This document shows, piece by piece, positions 50,830 to 64,000 of a DNA stretch of 64,000 nucleotides. The translations under genes were made by a program, and so were the position numbers. Each line of letters begins with the position of its first letter. The stretch's first letter is position 1. Under the pieces are notes generated by a model that did no database searches, was not told the origin of the DNA, and was given only the letters and a program-made list of their open reading frames with translations. This stretch comes from Octopus sinensis (Eukaryota), in the NCBI RefSeq assembly GCF_006345805.1, contig NC_043005.1, positions 102,672,001 to 102,736,000 of the forward strand, in the 5' to 3' direction.

Positions 50830-51380
50830 CACTGCCCTTCAAACTATTAACGCTGTAATTTGTCTTTTATTGAAAACCCACTCGTTGAAATTCAACGAAG
50901 TTTTCCCAGAATGGCGGTAACAGTTATCTGTGTGTTGCATGTGAAAAACTTGAGGTTACGTAAAGCAACACAGAAACTATGACCATTTACCAAATTTATT
51001 TTAACTTTCACTTTCTCAAATTATTACTGAGGTTTAATTAAAACTCATGCACTAAAAAAATACCGATTTAATTGCTTGGTGTATATACTGAAATGAATAA
51101 ATAGAGGCATAACCGAAGAAGAAATAAGAATAAAGAAATAAACAGTGTTCGAAAAATATATACGTGAACTGGTTAGTAAGGGAAATATGAGGGTTTGTCG
51201 AGATATGTTGGAAAAGGCACTGTTCCAAGGAACATGCTACCTTCTGGGTCTAATCTGATGTTATACCACGGGTTACATCTACCATTGCCATCCACAGTTC
51301 ATCCTTGATCCTAAATCGGCGTCCATTCTCGTAAATTTGTCGCTTTAGATTACACCACAAGCTTGTAATGATTGAGGTGT
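50830..51380 (-). mobile_element. Tc1/mariner-superfamily 3'-end relic
   Basis: TA|CACTGCCCTTCAAACTATTAACGC TIR-like end at 50830. Minus-strand peptide NLKRQIYENGRRFRIKDELWMAMVD resembles the LKxxVYxxGRQFxxKxEL C-terminus. Confidence 0.45.
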
Positions 51381-52211
51381 GTGTGCTGGGGGGTGGGGGT
51401 TAATTACTCTATAAATATAAATGTCTATGCTTCCGATTACTCAATCGGTCGACTGATATTATATATACACAAAAAACGAGAGCAATAGAATGCGATGTTC
51501 TGGATTTTCTGAGCATTTCCATATCAGTTGACTTGGCCATAATTCCCTCTGTCACAGTTCTAACCTCTATCTTGTTGAAAAAATTTGTCTACATCTCCAT
51601 CTTTCGTTGCCAACACTTCCTGCGCTTTTACTTCCAAGCCCATCATCAGTTTCACCCGCTATTTGCCCTACTGTAAGCATATTTCTTTCTCTAGTATCAA
51701 TATATCAACCTCTTACACCACTCCTTTTATAGCCGAAGTGATCGCACTTGTATATATTACCTCTCTTACAGGCGTTTCTTTAAATCTTCAGCTCATTTTT
51801 TTACTTCGACGTACTAATCAATATTGTTGTCATTCGCCACCGCCTAGTGACCGATATATTGCTAACCTTAGCCACAATTTCAAAACTTGGTAATAATTTA
51901 TAAGTCAGTTTCATATTGGGCGTATTTTTTCCGCAAAGAATATTTCAAAGTGATACGTAAAACAGAAATTAAAGAAAATAATGTGCATCGTAAGAAATGA
52001 AACAGAGAGCAGAATTCTATGGAAATAATACTAATATATATGAAGAGAACTGCACATTAAACCGTAAATATAATAAATAAACAGGAAATGGAATAAATAG
52101 ACTCGAGTGGAATTCATTTCCATTCAACAAACCTGTTTTACAAATAGACTTTAGTATCAAAATTAAACTACTACAATATTCAGCATACATGACATGAAAA
52201 TTCAACATACA

Positions 52212-52285
<74 letters not shown>

Positions 52286-52307
52286 TTATATAATATACAT
52301 ATATATA

Positions 52308-52366
<59 letters not shown>

Positions 52367-52619
52367 GGGAGAGAGACAGAGAGCGTGCACATGGAAGAAT
52401 TGCATCTGACGTTGATAAACAACCTCAGAAGTTAAAGCAACGAAAATAATATCTTTAAAAGTATAAACATCGAGAAAACAAATCAGAGAAATGAAGTTGT
52501 AACAATCAAGCAAACTCAATAAACAATGAAACAACAAAACAGTCCCAGCATTCATACAATATATTCATAAAAAAAAAGAAGTTGAGCGTAATGTATAGAA
52601 ACGCAAATATGAACAGAGA

Positions 52620-53190
52620 GAAAATGCAAAAAATCTAGGAGTAGAAATATCTAAAGTGAAATAATAAAATACGACAAGAATATAAACAGGGAAACCGTTA
52701 AAGATTTTAAATCAATAGAATATCTTACGACGGATCAACGAAAGACATTCAGAAAGATCAAAGTTAATGATGAAATAGCAAAAAGTAAAAGCAAAGCAAA
52801 CTAGGTCATCATACATATAGTGGAAATATATGCGGAGATTAATATCGTCAAGATAAATCAGATATTCTATGCAGCCGGCTCAGTAATCACAGAGGGAAAT
52901 CGATAGTCTCACAAAAGGTCTCATATTAGAAACTCTAAACCCAAAGGAAAACGTGAAGAATCGAAGTACAAATAAATATTTAAAATAAAATACAATGATT
53001 CTCGTATCTTCAAGAAAAAGACACACCGATAAACAAAGGGAGATAAAAGAAGCACAGAAATAGAAGATATCCAAGCACTCAATATCAAATAGGTTTTGAG
53101 ACAAGAAGCTTACATTAAATTGTAAAGAATCTCTCACTACAAAAACATTACAACACCCCAGCCTATTCAATAAAGAACCATATAAAAATA
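52620..53190 (+). mobile_element. R4/Dong-like non-LTR element, pre-RT region relic
   Basis: Degenerate peptides (INQIFYAAGSVITE, W/KTRIEVQINILK) and loose similarity to the 5' part of the minus-strand copy at 55230-55430. Confidence 0.45.
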
Positions 53191-53589
53191 GGTAACAGTC
53201 AATGCAGTATCAGCATGAAAAAATAAGAGAATATCTTATAGAGTTCTATGGACTGCGAAAGGATTATCGCGGGCGAAAATATGAATGAAACAATGACAAT
53301 AAGAGTAAGTTTTCCTGAAAATAGTGGTATTTAGAATGGCATTGATGAGATTCGTCTGTGTTAGATCTATATTATATTTGTGTATATCATGTTGGTGCAG
53401 TGTGGTCATTTAAATTTGTGTTGAACAAACGCTGTTTCCTTATCATCATATCAACCTATCACAAAAACATTGAAGTACAATTTTGTTTTTATCAAAGCCA
53501 CATTGATTGACGTTAAATTGCAATCAACGACGAAGGCTGATGTTCTGTTTACAACAGAAAGGAAAACTGAAAGACATAACTGGAGCTCA

Positions 53590-55430
53590 AACTAACGAAA
53601 ACTTTTTCATTCGTTAACCCAAAGGTTTTTCTTGCCATCATTTCCTCGTGATCTCTTGCTGTTCCAGTGTGGGTTTGGATTTCAGTTGTTTTACAGCGTT
53701 TGCTGTTTCTTCTTTTTCTTCATAGTTGTTAGGTACCATGGCTTTATTTTTGAAATTGTCAGCTTCCTTAAAGACAAAAGCAATTTTTCTGTTTTGTTTG
53801 TGGCTATTTCTATTAGCTTTGTTTGATTCTGAAGTAGGTATTTCTGTAGTCCTATGGTGGGTTTTTTTTCAATAGTTTTCTAGCTGCATAAGGCCTCTAC
53901 CCTTCCTTCCATACGTTTTATATATAACACCTTTCTATGTCAGATTTTGTGTGTTGTAACATAAAACCTGTCATTATGTTCCTTGCTTTCCTTTCTATTT
54001 TGATTAGATCATTTATATTCCAGTTAAGAATATTGTAGCTGTAACTTATAACTGGCACGGCTGGAGTGTCAATACCTAGCATTGAGCTCTGTTTCCAGTA
54101 TTACTCTAACTCGTCTATAGTGTATTTTTCTTATCTTTCATTTGCGTGCGTTGTATCTAGTTCATTGATTCCAAAATATTTGTACGTTTAGCTTTGGTCT
54201 AATTCTGTTAGTTCCTTTGCTTTTTCTAGTGCAATGTTGCTACTCTTAACTAGTTTTCCTCTTTTCACGGTTGCTTTGGCGCATTTTTCTAAGCCAAATT
54301 TTATGTTTATTTCTTTGGCATATATATGTACGGCCTGTAATAAATTTTCCAGCTGTTTATCATTCGTAACGTACAGTTTTAGATCATCCATGTACAAGGA
54401 ATGGCTGATTGTTTTGTCGCAAAAGTCGTATCCACATCCAGTTTTGTTTAGCATATCAGCTGAAGGTGTCAGTGTCAATCAGAAAAGGAGAGGAAACGGC
54501 GTGTCTCCCTGGAAGATTCCTCTTCTAATGGGGATGGCTTTGGTTTTAATTATCTGGAGCTGTTTGCGATTTATTCATGGAATGTTTTATATATTTTATG
54601 ATTATTGGTGCTACCTTATTCATGCCTAGTATATCTAGGATCCATCTTTGGAGAATATTATAAAAATCTTTTCGGTAATCGATCCAGGCCATACGTAGAT
54701 CCTTCATCTCTCTGCGGCTGACTTCATTTATGGCTAATTGATCAGTAGCTGATCTTTACAACCGTTCGAACCCTTGAAGTACCCCTTTCCCTCTTCTGTT
54801 TTTTCCCAGTCGTTTGCCCATTCTCTGCGATATTATTGCAGTAAAAGCTTTGTAAATTGTAGTTAAACAAGCTATCGGTCTTTAATTTTGTGGGTTTACC
54901 GATTCGGTGTATTTGGGAATTAGGACCATTTTCCCTTCCGTGAGCCATACAAGCAATGTCTCTGACTTTGCTAGTATTTCATTAAAACTCTTAGCCAGGT
55001 TTTTATGTGTTATTGTTAGATATTTAAAATAGAAGCTGGGAATCTTGTCATGCCCGGATGCCTTCCAGTTATTTGTTTTTTGCAGTGTATGGGTAATCTC
55101 TCCAGTTGTTCAGGTGCTGTGTTCGTTGTATAAATATATCTTTTCTGAGGTTGTTCCTTCACCGACCATATTTTTTTCCACTTCTATTGTTGGTGCTGTA
55201 TTGATTTCTATTATATTTTTGCCGAGTTCTTGGGAGAATCGATTGGGGGTTTCAGTTGAACTGTTTGTATTGTTCAAAGAAACGTTGACGTTTCTCATAC
55301 CGGTGGATTCTTTGTGCTTTGGTGAGGATATCTTGCTTTAGCTATTCCTTTACCTCTGGTATTCCTTGTTATGTGATTTTGTATTTACGTAGTACGTTTC
55401 TTCTCTTTTTGTTGTCAAGCGTCAGAAGCT
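53590..55430 (-). mobile_element. Restriction-like-endonuclease-class non-LTR retrotransposon RT fragment (R4/Dong-like), decayed
   Basis: KQDILTKAQRIHRYEKRQRFF, GCKDQLLIN, AWIDY, GIFQGD, ISHSLYMDDLKLY...FGLEKCAKATVKRGKL. The YMDD RT motif is clear; the clade is inferred from motif style. Confidence 0.8.
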
Positions 55431-55439
55431 GTGAAAAGG

Positions 55440-55482
55440 CAATAATAATAATAATAATAATAATAGTAGTAGTAGTAGTAGT

Positions 55483-55552
<70 letters not shown>

Positions 55553-55556
55553 ATAA
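55440..55556. repeat. (AAT)n-(TAG)n-(CAG)n compound microsatellite
   Basis: Direct inspection. Confidence 0.95.
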
Positions 55557-55716
55557 TACGTCTTTACGTTCTATTGTTTAAATTCCACCGGCTTCGCATT
55601 TGCCTTTCATCCTTTCGGGAGTTTATCAAATTAGTACTAGCAGAGTACTGAATGGATGCAATCGACATACTCCCTTGCTCGAAATTGCTGACCTTGTGCC
55701 AAAATGTGAAACCATT
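55557..55716 (+). mobile_element. Diverged SINE family D copy
   Basis: CGTCTTTACGTTCT...AAATTCCACCGG...TTTGCCTTTCATCCTTTCGGG...AATCGAC...CCTTGTGCCAAAA. Confidence 0.65.
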
Positions 55717-56962
55717 TTCATTCTTCCGAAGTTGATAGAATAAAGTAACAGTCATGTTCTGGGTCTGATATAATCAACTTTCGACTCCAAAATTGCTGCA
55801 TCTGTGTCAAAATCTGGCACAGTTATTATTTTTATTAGGATCGTAATTTTACAGATTCATTAGAACCTCTGATATAGTATCTCGATTTATTTGCTTCAGT
55901 TCTATACTTTCAGAGTTCTCATCTTTTAGCTATAACATTTATCCTTGTAGAGTCGATAACATGAGGCGCCAGTTAAGAATTAAGATCGATATAATTGACG
56001 TTTTCAACATCTAAATTTCTGACCGTGTGCCCTACATAAAATATTATTATTTATTTAATTTCTAATAGGGTTGTGTTTTGGTAGAATCATTATAGAAAAT
56101 AACAGAATATCAGATGATATATATTCTTGTTTTGAAGTTTCATTCACCCTTCAGAAGTCAAGAAAAATACCAGATATATACGAGGACGATTTAATTCACT
56201 ATCACCACCACGAATATTTTTGAACTCATGTCTCTGTAAGAAATCACTTATATATTTCATTTATGGAATAATAGGTATTAATATTTGAAAATATATGCTT
56301 TACTTTCCGAAAGATTTGTTGAAATGAAAATTATTTGTTGTTTTTGAAATTATATTATTTGGGAAATGCATTTACTCCTAAACGTAAATAAATTTAATAA
56401 AGGCATAAATATAGAATAATAAAAGGCAAAGAAGTTAAATAGTCGTGCTTCGAATTAATAATTATTATTTTATGATCATTCAAATTGAAGCTCTTGTCAG
56501 AATCGCAAAACCGGAAATAAAATTTAAATGCATGATTGTCACGTGTTCGTTTAATTCCGCTTCGTTATTTGCAATGAACAGGATGATGTTAACACAATTG
56601 TCAATAACAACAATACAATTTAGAAATGCGTGACAGATAATGAGTGGAGATAACAGATGAGCAAGTATTTATCGATGTATTAAATAATGATTTACGGTCA
56701 ATTGTGATGTTTAATTTAGAGCTTGCAATAAAAGTCAAAGAATTGAAGGTAAAAAGACAGGAAAAATGGTAATAAAATATAAGCGGAAAACACACAGGTA
56801 CGAAGCAACACATTCAAACATACAATGAATGTCATTTGAGCAAACATCTAATATAAATAAATAAAGATATACGCTATACATTCATGAATGAATACATACG
56901 TTGGAATATCTATATATCTATCTGTCAATGTCGATCTTTCTTTGTATATCTATATTTGTGTA

Positions 56963-56993
<31 letters not shown>

Positions 56994-58261
56994 GTATCTA
57001 CATCTATCTATCAATATGTATTTATACACAAATATGAATATATGTATATATTCCTATCTCAGTATTTACACATCTATGGATACGCGTGAAAGTTATATGC
57101 GAACAGGGACAGATGCATGCAGATTATGTCATCCTGTAATTTTTGTGAGTATAACTCTGTTCATATATGTTCGTATACATTTTGCATATCTAATGGTAAA
57201 TGAGCTTGGGAAATTTAAGGATTAATATATAGGCATTATATAAGAAACATTTACATCTAATAAAAAGCAACATATATTCAGAATTTCCACTGGAATTGTA
57301 ATTTTATATATAAACTTATCCAAAATCTCTGCTTCATAAACAGTGCTAATTTTGAAATATTTTTATTAGCGCCGTAATTGTGATGAAGTATTATATAACT
57401 CGGATTATATTGACCTGGATACATTCGACCTTTAGGAGAACCAGGCGAGAATGAAAGGTGATTTGTGTGGTATTTCTAGAAGATGAAATGATCAATTTGA
57501 GCCTTTTTTGAAAGTGTTTTACACATAGTTAGTTTCACAATATTCTGCTTTTGTTTCTCGTATAATATATTCCCTTCAGCAATATGGTTGGGAAAAAAGC
57601 ATCTTACCACACAGCCATGCCCGGGCAACACGTGGAACCACTAATCCCAACAGCTGTTTCTGTTTTGGTTTTCTGTGTCTGTTTTATGTAAACTCTCTCC
57701 GCTCTGTTTCTCTTCGTCTTCTCTTAAACAGCATAAACTGGAAAGGTCAAAGGCTTTGCCATTTTTTCCCGAGCGTCAAACTAATTCACTTGCTTTTTGT
57801 TCCCTCACTCGTCTTTTCAACCAACTTGTATATGCAATTGCTACCACCTGAAACCACCGGTCACCGGATACATGCCTGTATATGGGATCATCAAAAGAAA
57901 AAATATTGTGCACCGTTTGGGAGCCTTCCCCTCAACGGCTTTACTGCGCACCGTACTCCTTCATTGAGATGGGGGTTTTCTTCTAGATCAAATGTTTCTC
58001 TGCCAACGCTGTTTTCAGCGGTAGTTCATGGAACATTCATAAGTGAAAATTGAGGTAATATTTGTGGTCTTAAATATTTGATTGGCAGTTCCTCCGTTCT
58101 GCATCAAAAGTGCGCTCTCGAATTTTGTAACTGTCAGACATTTTGTTTTGCTTGTATCGAGGAGAAACACAAAATAAATACAGATGAAAACTTAAACTGA
58201 GAATGTATTCCAATTGAAATAAACGAAACGGAGATTAGGGAAGTATGTATCTTTCGCAATC

Positions 58262-58292
58262 CAACTGACGAGGTAATTTTTACCGAATGTTG
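58262..58292 (+). ncRNA. Degenerate hammerhead-like relic
   Basis: CTGACGA-GGTAA-TTT-TTACC-GAA-TGTTG: intact 5' core and perfect stem II, but defective GAAAC/stem III. Confidence 0.3.
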
Positions 58293-58479
58293 CATTACAA
58301 CTCTTTATACATAATCGCATCCCTGAGATTACGATGCACTAAGGGTCGAAACGATCGTAGTGATTAATAAAGAATCTCGTGAATTCCATTTTTTTCTGTT
58401 TCTCTCAAATATAGATATATATATATATATGTATATCTATATAAGTTATATAGATATACATAGATGTAAATAGACAGAC

Positions 58480-58685
<206 letters not shown>

Positions 58686-60611
58686 GGAAATGGACAAAAT
58701 GTACTAGTAGTACTAAAATGGTTTGAATTTATACCCCGAAGTCTTAACGAGGCTACTAGGGAAATCCAGGTGAGGTAGTGGCTGATATTTCCATTCTGAC
58801 GATGGAGGCCAGTACTACACTAATCTTTATATACATCAACTTCTTTCTGTCTCTCTTTATATATACGTATATATATGTGCTTGTGTGTGTGTGTAGTTAT
58901 ATAGGCATATATATGTGCGTGTGTTTGTATGTGTGTGTGTATATGTGTATATGTGTGTGTGGGTGCGTGGGTGTGTCTCTATGCGCACAACAACAATACA
59001 CGATAGACATACACATAGAACTTATTTTGAATTCACAAAGAATGGATGATGTACAGTTTAGCAGTCAAATATTCCATTTGCCCACAAACTATAATACTTC
59101 ATATTATAATGCATTATATTCTCCCCGCCAGACTGTTGCTAATTTCACAATCAGTGAGCAAGCCTTTCCTCCATCTTTCAAATTATTTTTTATTTAGCTT
59201 TTCTTTCGGTTTTCGATTTTTTTACGTTGTTACAGCTTTTCTATAGGTTGATGTTTTTTTTCTCTTTTGTAATATTTGGAAGTTTAAATAACGTTTTTAC
59301 TATATTGACATTTTAGTAAATGATAGGAAATGATTTGTCCGAACAATTCCAGCAGATTCATGGAAATTTCTGTAGATAAAATAGTTGGCTTTTATTAAAA
59401 TCCCAAGTACTTGCAAACAGTGACGCCAAATTCCGGATGCCAATAAAAGATGGACTAAAATAAAACGCATACACACAGCCACTCAAATATACACACATAC
59501 ACCCAAACTCACAAACACAAAGAATTCTTCATCATAGATTGCCAAAAGGAATGAAATAATGTTTTAGTTCGGTTTATTTAGACAGTACAATGCTGCCAAT
59601 GAGAAACACCATTTCTGTTGACAATTGTTATAACTACAACAGTAGAAATGGTTCGAAGGTGAGATTAAAGGAATTGCTTTTTTTATGAGGCACAGTAAAT
59701 TGGTTTAAAACGGTGAGTGTAAATATTGTGTAGCTGATTATTACAAAGGCCGTCAACTACACGAATACAACAATACATACATTATAAGTACATGCTCTAA
59801 AATGATTGGAATTTGCGTGTGTGTGTATGTGTGTGTATACATACATACATGTGTATGAATGTATATGTATGAATGCATATGTGTATGAATGTATATGTAG
59901 TTATTTATATGTGTGTGCATGCACATATGCGTGATTTGTGTGCTTGGATGAATAGGTTCGGTCTTGTTAATCTAATTAAATAATTTAATTGATGGTGGTC
60001 CGTTGTTTTATTTACTCTGATCATCACTAAACATAAAGAAACTAATGTATTTGATTTCAAAACTTGATACATGTTATGTGTCCTTTACATTCTTATTTAG
60101 TTTAATCATGATACGACTTCATGTTGTTTGTAGATATTCAAACCTCGTACAAATTACGATTTCATATGCAATTCTGGCGGAAATATAACTTAAGCGTTGC
60201 TGTCAAGACCTAATACCACGCTGATGGCAGAGCCCAATAATTAAAATCTTTCCTTGATGTTAAAGCCCTATAATCAAAGACTTTCCCGCCATGGCCATCC
60301 AATAAGTGAATTTTTAGTTATCTATGCATTAATACACGTCGTAATAGCTTGAATTATATTATCCAATAAGCGCTTTCCGTTTTTAACTCGTCAGAGTGTT
60401 GTTTGAAGGGAAGCGCGTCCTTCCGAGGATTTCCCGTCAGCTTTTTAAGACTCAAATGCTTTGGGCTCTGCAGTGTTACATTATCATGGTGTATACATTT
60501 GAAGTCATTTTGTTCCCTTGTTTTTCTCACAATCTCCACCATCTTTCATCATTGCTCAATTCATAGAAAAAGAAGTCTCTGTTATTATACATATGTTCAT
60601 AATTTCACTGT

Positions 60612-60612
60612 T

Positions 60613-60686
<74 letters not shown>

Positions 60687-60875
60687 GATGCTGCTGCTAC
60701 TGCTGCTGCTTCGGCTTCTACTGCTGCTGCTGCTACTACTAATACTACTGCTGCTGCTACTACTACTATTACTACTACTACTACCACCACCACCGCTACT
60801 ACTACTACTACTACTACTACTACCATTGCTGCTACTACTACTACTACTACAATACTACTACTACTACTACAACAA

Positions 60876-60907
<32 letters not shown>

Positions 60908-61030
60908 TTGCTGCTACTACTACTACTACTACAACAATACTACTACTATTACTACTACTACTACTACTACTACTACAATACTACTACTACTACTACTACA
61001 ATACTACTACTACTACTACTACTACTACAA

Positions 61031-61092
<62 letters not shown>
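60612..61092. repeat. (CTA)n/(CTG)n compound microsatellite
   Basis: Direct inspection; source of the poly-Leu/Thr/Tyr ORFs. Confidence 0.95.
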
Positions 61093-61103
<11 letters not shown>

Positions 61104-62862
61104 ACTGCTGTAGTAATATAATACATTGAAACTGTGCTGTATTTTTCTGCTTTATAGCACAGCCAAACTTCTTTCAACAGAGCTCCCATCAGATTTATTC
61201 GTCTTGACCATCCACGTTTTGTATATTCATCGATAAACAAGATACGAATTTTTGGCTATTTCAATACTATAAGGAGTTTTGCTGTTATTTAGGAAGTTCG
61301 ATAATCGATTTGAAATTTTCAACGTCTTTAGACTTATAGTCATACGAAACCATTGCCCTTTCAGGGAAGGAATATCATCGGTAGAGTTAAGTCAAGCAGA
61401 TACCTGCTACGTAATCCCTTAAAATAATTTCATTCCTAACTACACAGAACGTGGTTTTATGTATCATTAAGATCTTCTCTTCCGAGATGTGTGGTATCTT
61501 GGGAAATGTTCATTCGACTCTAATACTGTGTTGATCAGAACCTTGTGAATGAAATCTGGACGACGGAAAGGACGGCTTTGAAACTAGACAGAGAGAAACC
61601 AAACTTCTTTTGGGTGACATACTAAATAGAAAACTACTCGATACTTACGTAACTTTAGTAGACATGGCTATGTAGCAATCATTCTACATCTCTTTTCAGA
61701 ATACCTATCTCAATTTCCCTTCTTTCTTGAGTGTGGGGGCAAGGCCTCCAACATAGATCTTCTCTGAATAATTGGTAAAAATCGTTCATCAGTCTTCAGG
61801 AAATAACGTGTTTTTTACCACTTTGTACAACGTGTATTAAATTTTAATTGGGAAATGTAACGGGAATTAGAAATTGAAAATAAACAGCTACAATACGCCT
61901 TCCTAAGCAATACGCCTTCCTGTGTTCGCTAGTTGCTTCAGTAATGGCAGGCGCAAGTTCTAGTTCGTGTTTCAGCATTAGGGATTAAAAAATATGGTTA
62001 TTATCTAGATGGGATTTGAAGGATAATTAGCACTAATTGTTCGCAAATAAAATGACACCTAAATTTTGCATAGCCTTTTCCTTAAACCATTGTAATTATT
62101 AAATGACACGTTACTGCGTCTAAAACTTAAAATTGGTTCATGCTCTGACGTCCATTCTTTCACCAAGAGTATTTTCGCGTAAAAAGATTTTAAAAGGCAT
62201 CGGCCAAGAATCGAAATGTTGACGACTTCTCATCTCACAAGGAATATAATTTTCGCCACTTTAAGAAATAATTATGTTAGAACTATATAGGAAAAATGAG
62301 ACAATTTCTTCTTCGATATGTTAATTAACTAATTCATCACGTGAATTTTAAATCGATCTTTATTGTGTGTGATAATCAATCACCTAATTTTATGAACGGC
62401 TTAAAGTGAAAGTAAAAGTCATTGAACAAAGGAAATCGATATGTTACAACAAAGAAGAACATTAGTTGAGTTTCTAAAATATTGTTTTTGTGGGGAATAT
62501 CATACATAGCAATGTAAAATAATTAAACTAGTTTAGGTAACAAAGTGAGTTTATGCATTCATCAAAGATAGTCCTTGACCCGGTATAAGCCCTGCATTTC
62601 GGGAAAGTGGGATGCTTTAATGGGAATGCCATATTTTACCAAGTTCTATATCGATCGTTATTGTAAGCGATAATCAATCGTTTGCTTATGTGAACGGTGG
62701 CTAAAAGTGCAAGTAAGAGATCGATGAAAATAGATACGCTTGGAAATTAAAGAATGTTTGGGCCTTAAGAAAATGTATATTTGGTAGGAGTGTTGGAGTT
62801 AAATCTAGTCTACGTTGATCAACGTGTCGATTGAACACGGATGAATTCACACCTAAAAATTT

Positions 62863-63160
62863 GTGGAGGCACATGGCCTAGTGGTTAGAGTATCGGACTC
62901 GCGATCGAGGGATCACGGGTTCGAATCTCAGACCGGACGATGTGTGTGTTTATGAGCGAGACACCTAAGCTCCACGCGGCTCTGCAACAGGTAATGGCGA
63001 AACCTCTGCTGATTCTTTCGCCACAACTTTCTCTCACTCTTCCCTCCTGCATCTTGCAGTTCACCTGCGATGAACCGGCGTCCCGTCCAGGTGGGGAACC
63101 TATACGCCGGGAAACCGGCCCTTATGAGCCGGGCATAGCTCGAGAAGGAACAAACAAAAA
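62863..63160 (+). mobile_element. tRNA-derived SINE with family-B-like 5' half and a different 3' tail
   Basis: A box TGGCCTAGTGG, B box GGTTCGAATCTC, shared CACCTAA(A)GCTCCAC and CTCTC(C/A)CACTCTT. Tail GGCATAGCTCGAGAAGGAACAAACAAAA. Candidate TSD ACCTAAAAAT (62851-62860) and ACCTTAAAAT (63160-63169). Confidence 0.85.
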
Positions 63161-64000
63161 CCTTAAAATGTACTCACAATATGTTTAGATGATGACAACT
63201 GAGGTGTGTTATAATACTTTTTCCCACTGCATTAGTTAGTTAAAGACATGTAGATGAATCCCAATTGTAAGTTCGAATTATTACATTATAAAAGTCTGCA
63301 TAGCTGTATATTTATATACATTTATATGGGTACGTAGGTAATGGAAAATCGAGAATGCTATGGTAATTTTCTAAAATATTTATACTACTTCTCAGGAAGG
63401 TGTTTAATGAAAGTACTATACGATCATGAAACAACGTTCTGTCTCTTTCTTTCTTTCTATATCTCTCGCGTTCTCTCTATCTCTCTTTCTTCTCTCATTC
63501 TTACTTGAAAAACTATTATCCGTGTTTTCCCATATTTCACAAGCTTTTGCATATTCATCAGGTATAGAAAGCAAAAGTATGTTGCACCGAGCTCCAAGCA
63601 TACCTACTTCGGGGACTAGTTCTATGCTCTCTCTCTCACACACACACACGCATACACATACATACACACACACACATGCACACACACATACATACACACA
63701 CACACATACATACACACACTCGCACGCTCATGCAGACAAGCATAAACCTAGTGAGATGAATTAGTTAATTCAATAACCTCACCTTTAGATATCAATGGTA
63801 TATTGTACACATCAAAGGGATATCATCCTAATTAATCTGAGATGATGAGGTGAAATATATTCGATGTTGTTTCTCAATGTTATTAGTGTAATATTTGAAT
63901 TACTTAAACACGATATTTAAAGATGTGTAGCAGTCAGCATTTGCCTGGCAGTATGTACTATGGACACTACCAGGAAGCTCAACGTTTGTATAACTTCTCT

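Noticed and set aside
60365-60400. Minus-strand hammerhead-like string CTGACGA-GTT-AAA-AAC-GGAAA-GCGC-TT
   Set aside because: Extra G before GAAA and no stem I pairing; likely chance.
60354-60542. 62-aa minus-strand ORF in non-repetitive DNA
   Set aside because: No recognisable motif or convincing splice sites.
60403-61113. 236-aa poly-Leu/Thr/Tyr ORF
   Set aside because: It is a translation of (CTA)n/(CTG)n with no domain or splice support.

Overview
AT-rich eukaryotic genomic DNA packed with microsatellites ((AT)n, (ATCT)n, (CTA)n, (AAT)n, (GTG)n) and transposable-element copies. The SINE families and repeat landscape suggest an octopus or related cephalopod (inference). No host protein-coding exon can be supported: the ORF track is microsatellite translations plus transposase and RT remnants. 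Recognisable elements are a full-length decayed irritans-type mariner (4020-5287), a full-length decayed piggyBac (6084-8562), non-autonomous Helitrons, RTE, CR1-type, R4/Dong-type and Penelope-like retroelement fragments, and at least four tRNA-derived SINE families. Most interesting: (1) a TSD-flanked foldback element at 47641-48399 whose arms each combine a tRNA-like Pol III head, an (AAT/AAC)n tract and a Penelope-type minimal hammerhead ribozyme; (2) a U6 snRNA 3' half fused to a CR1-type LINE 3' tail at 42037-42145; (3) the same LINE tail, with a covarying stem-loop, at the 3' end of the commonest SINE family here. All family names come from motif recognition, not from database searches.
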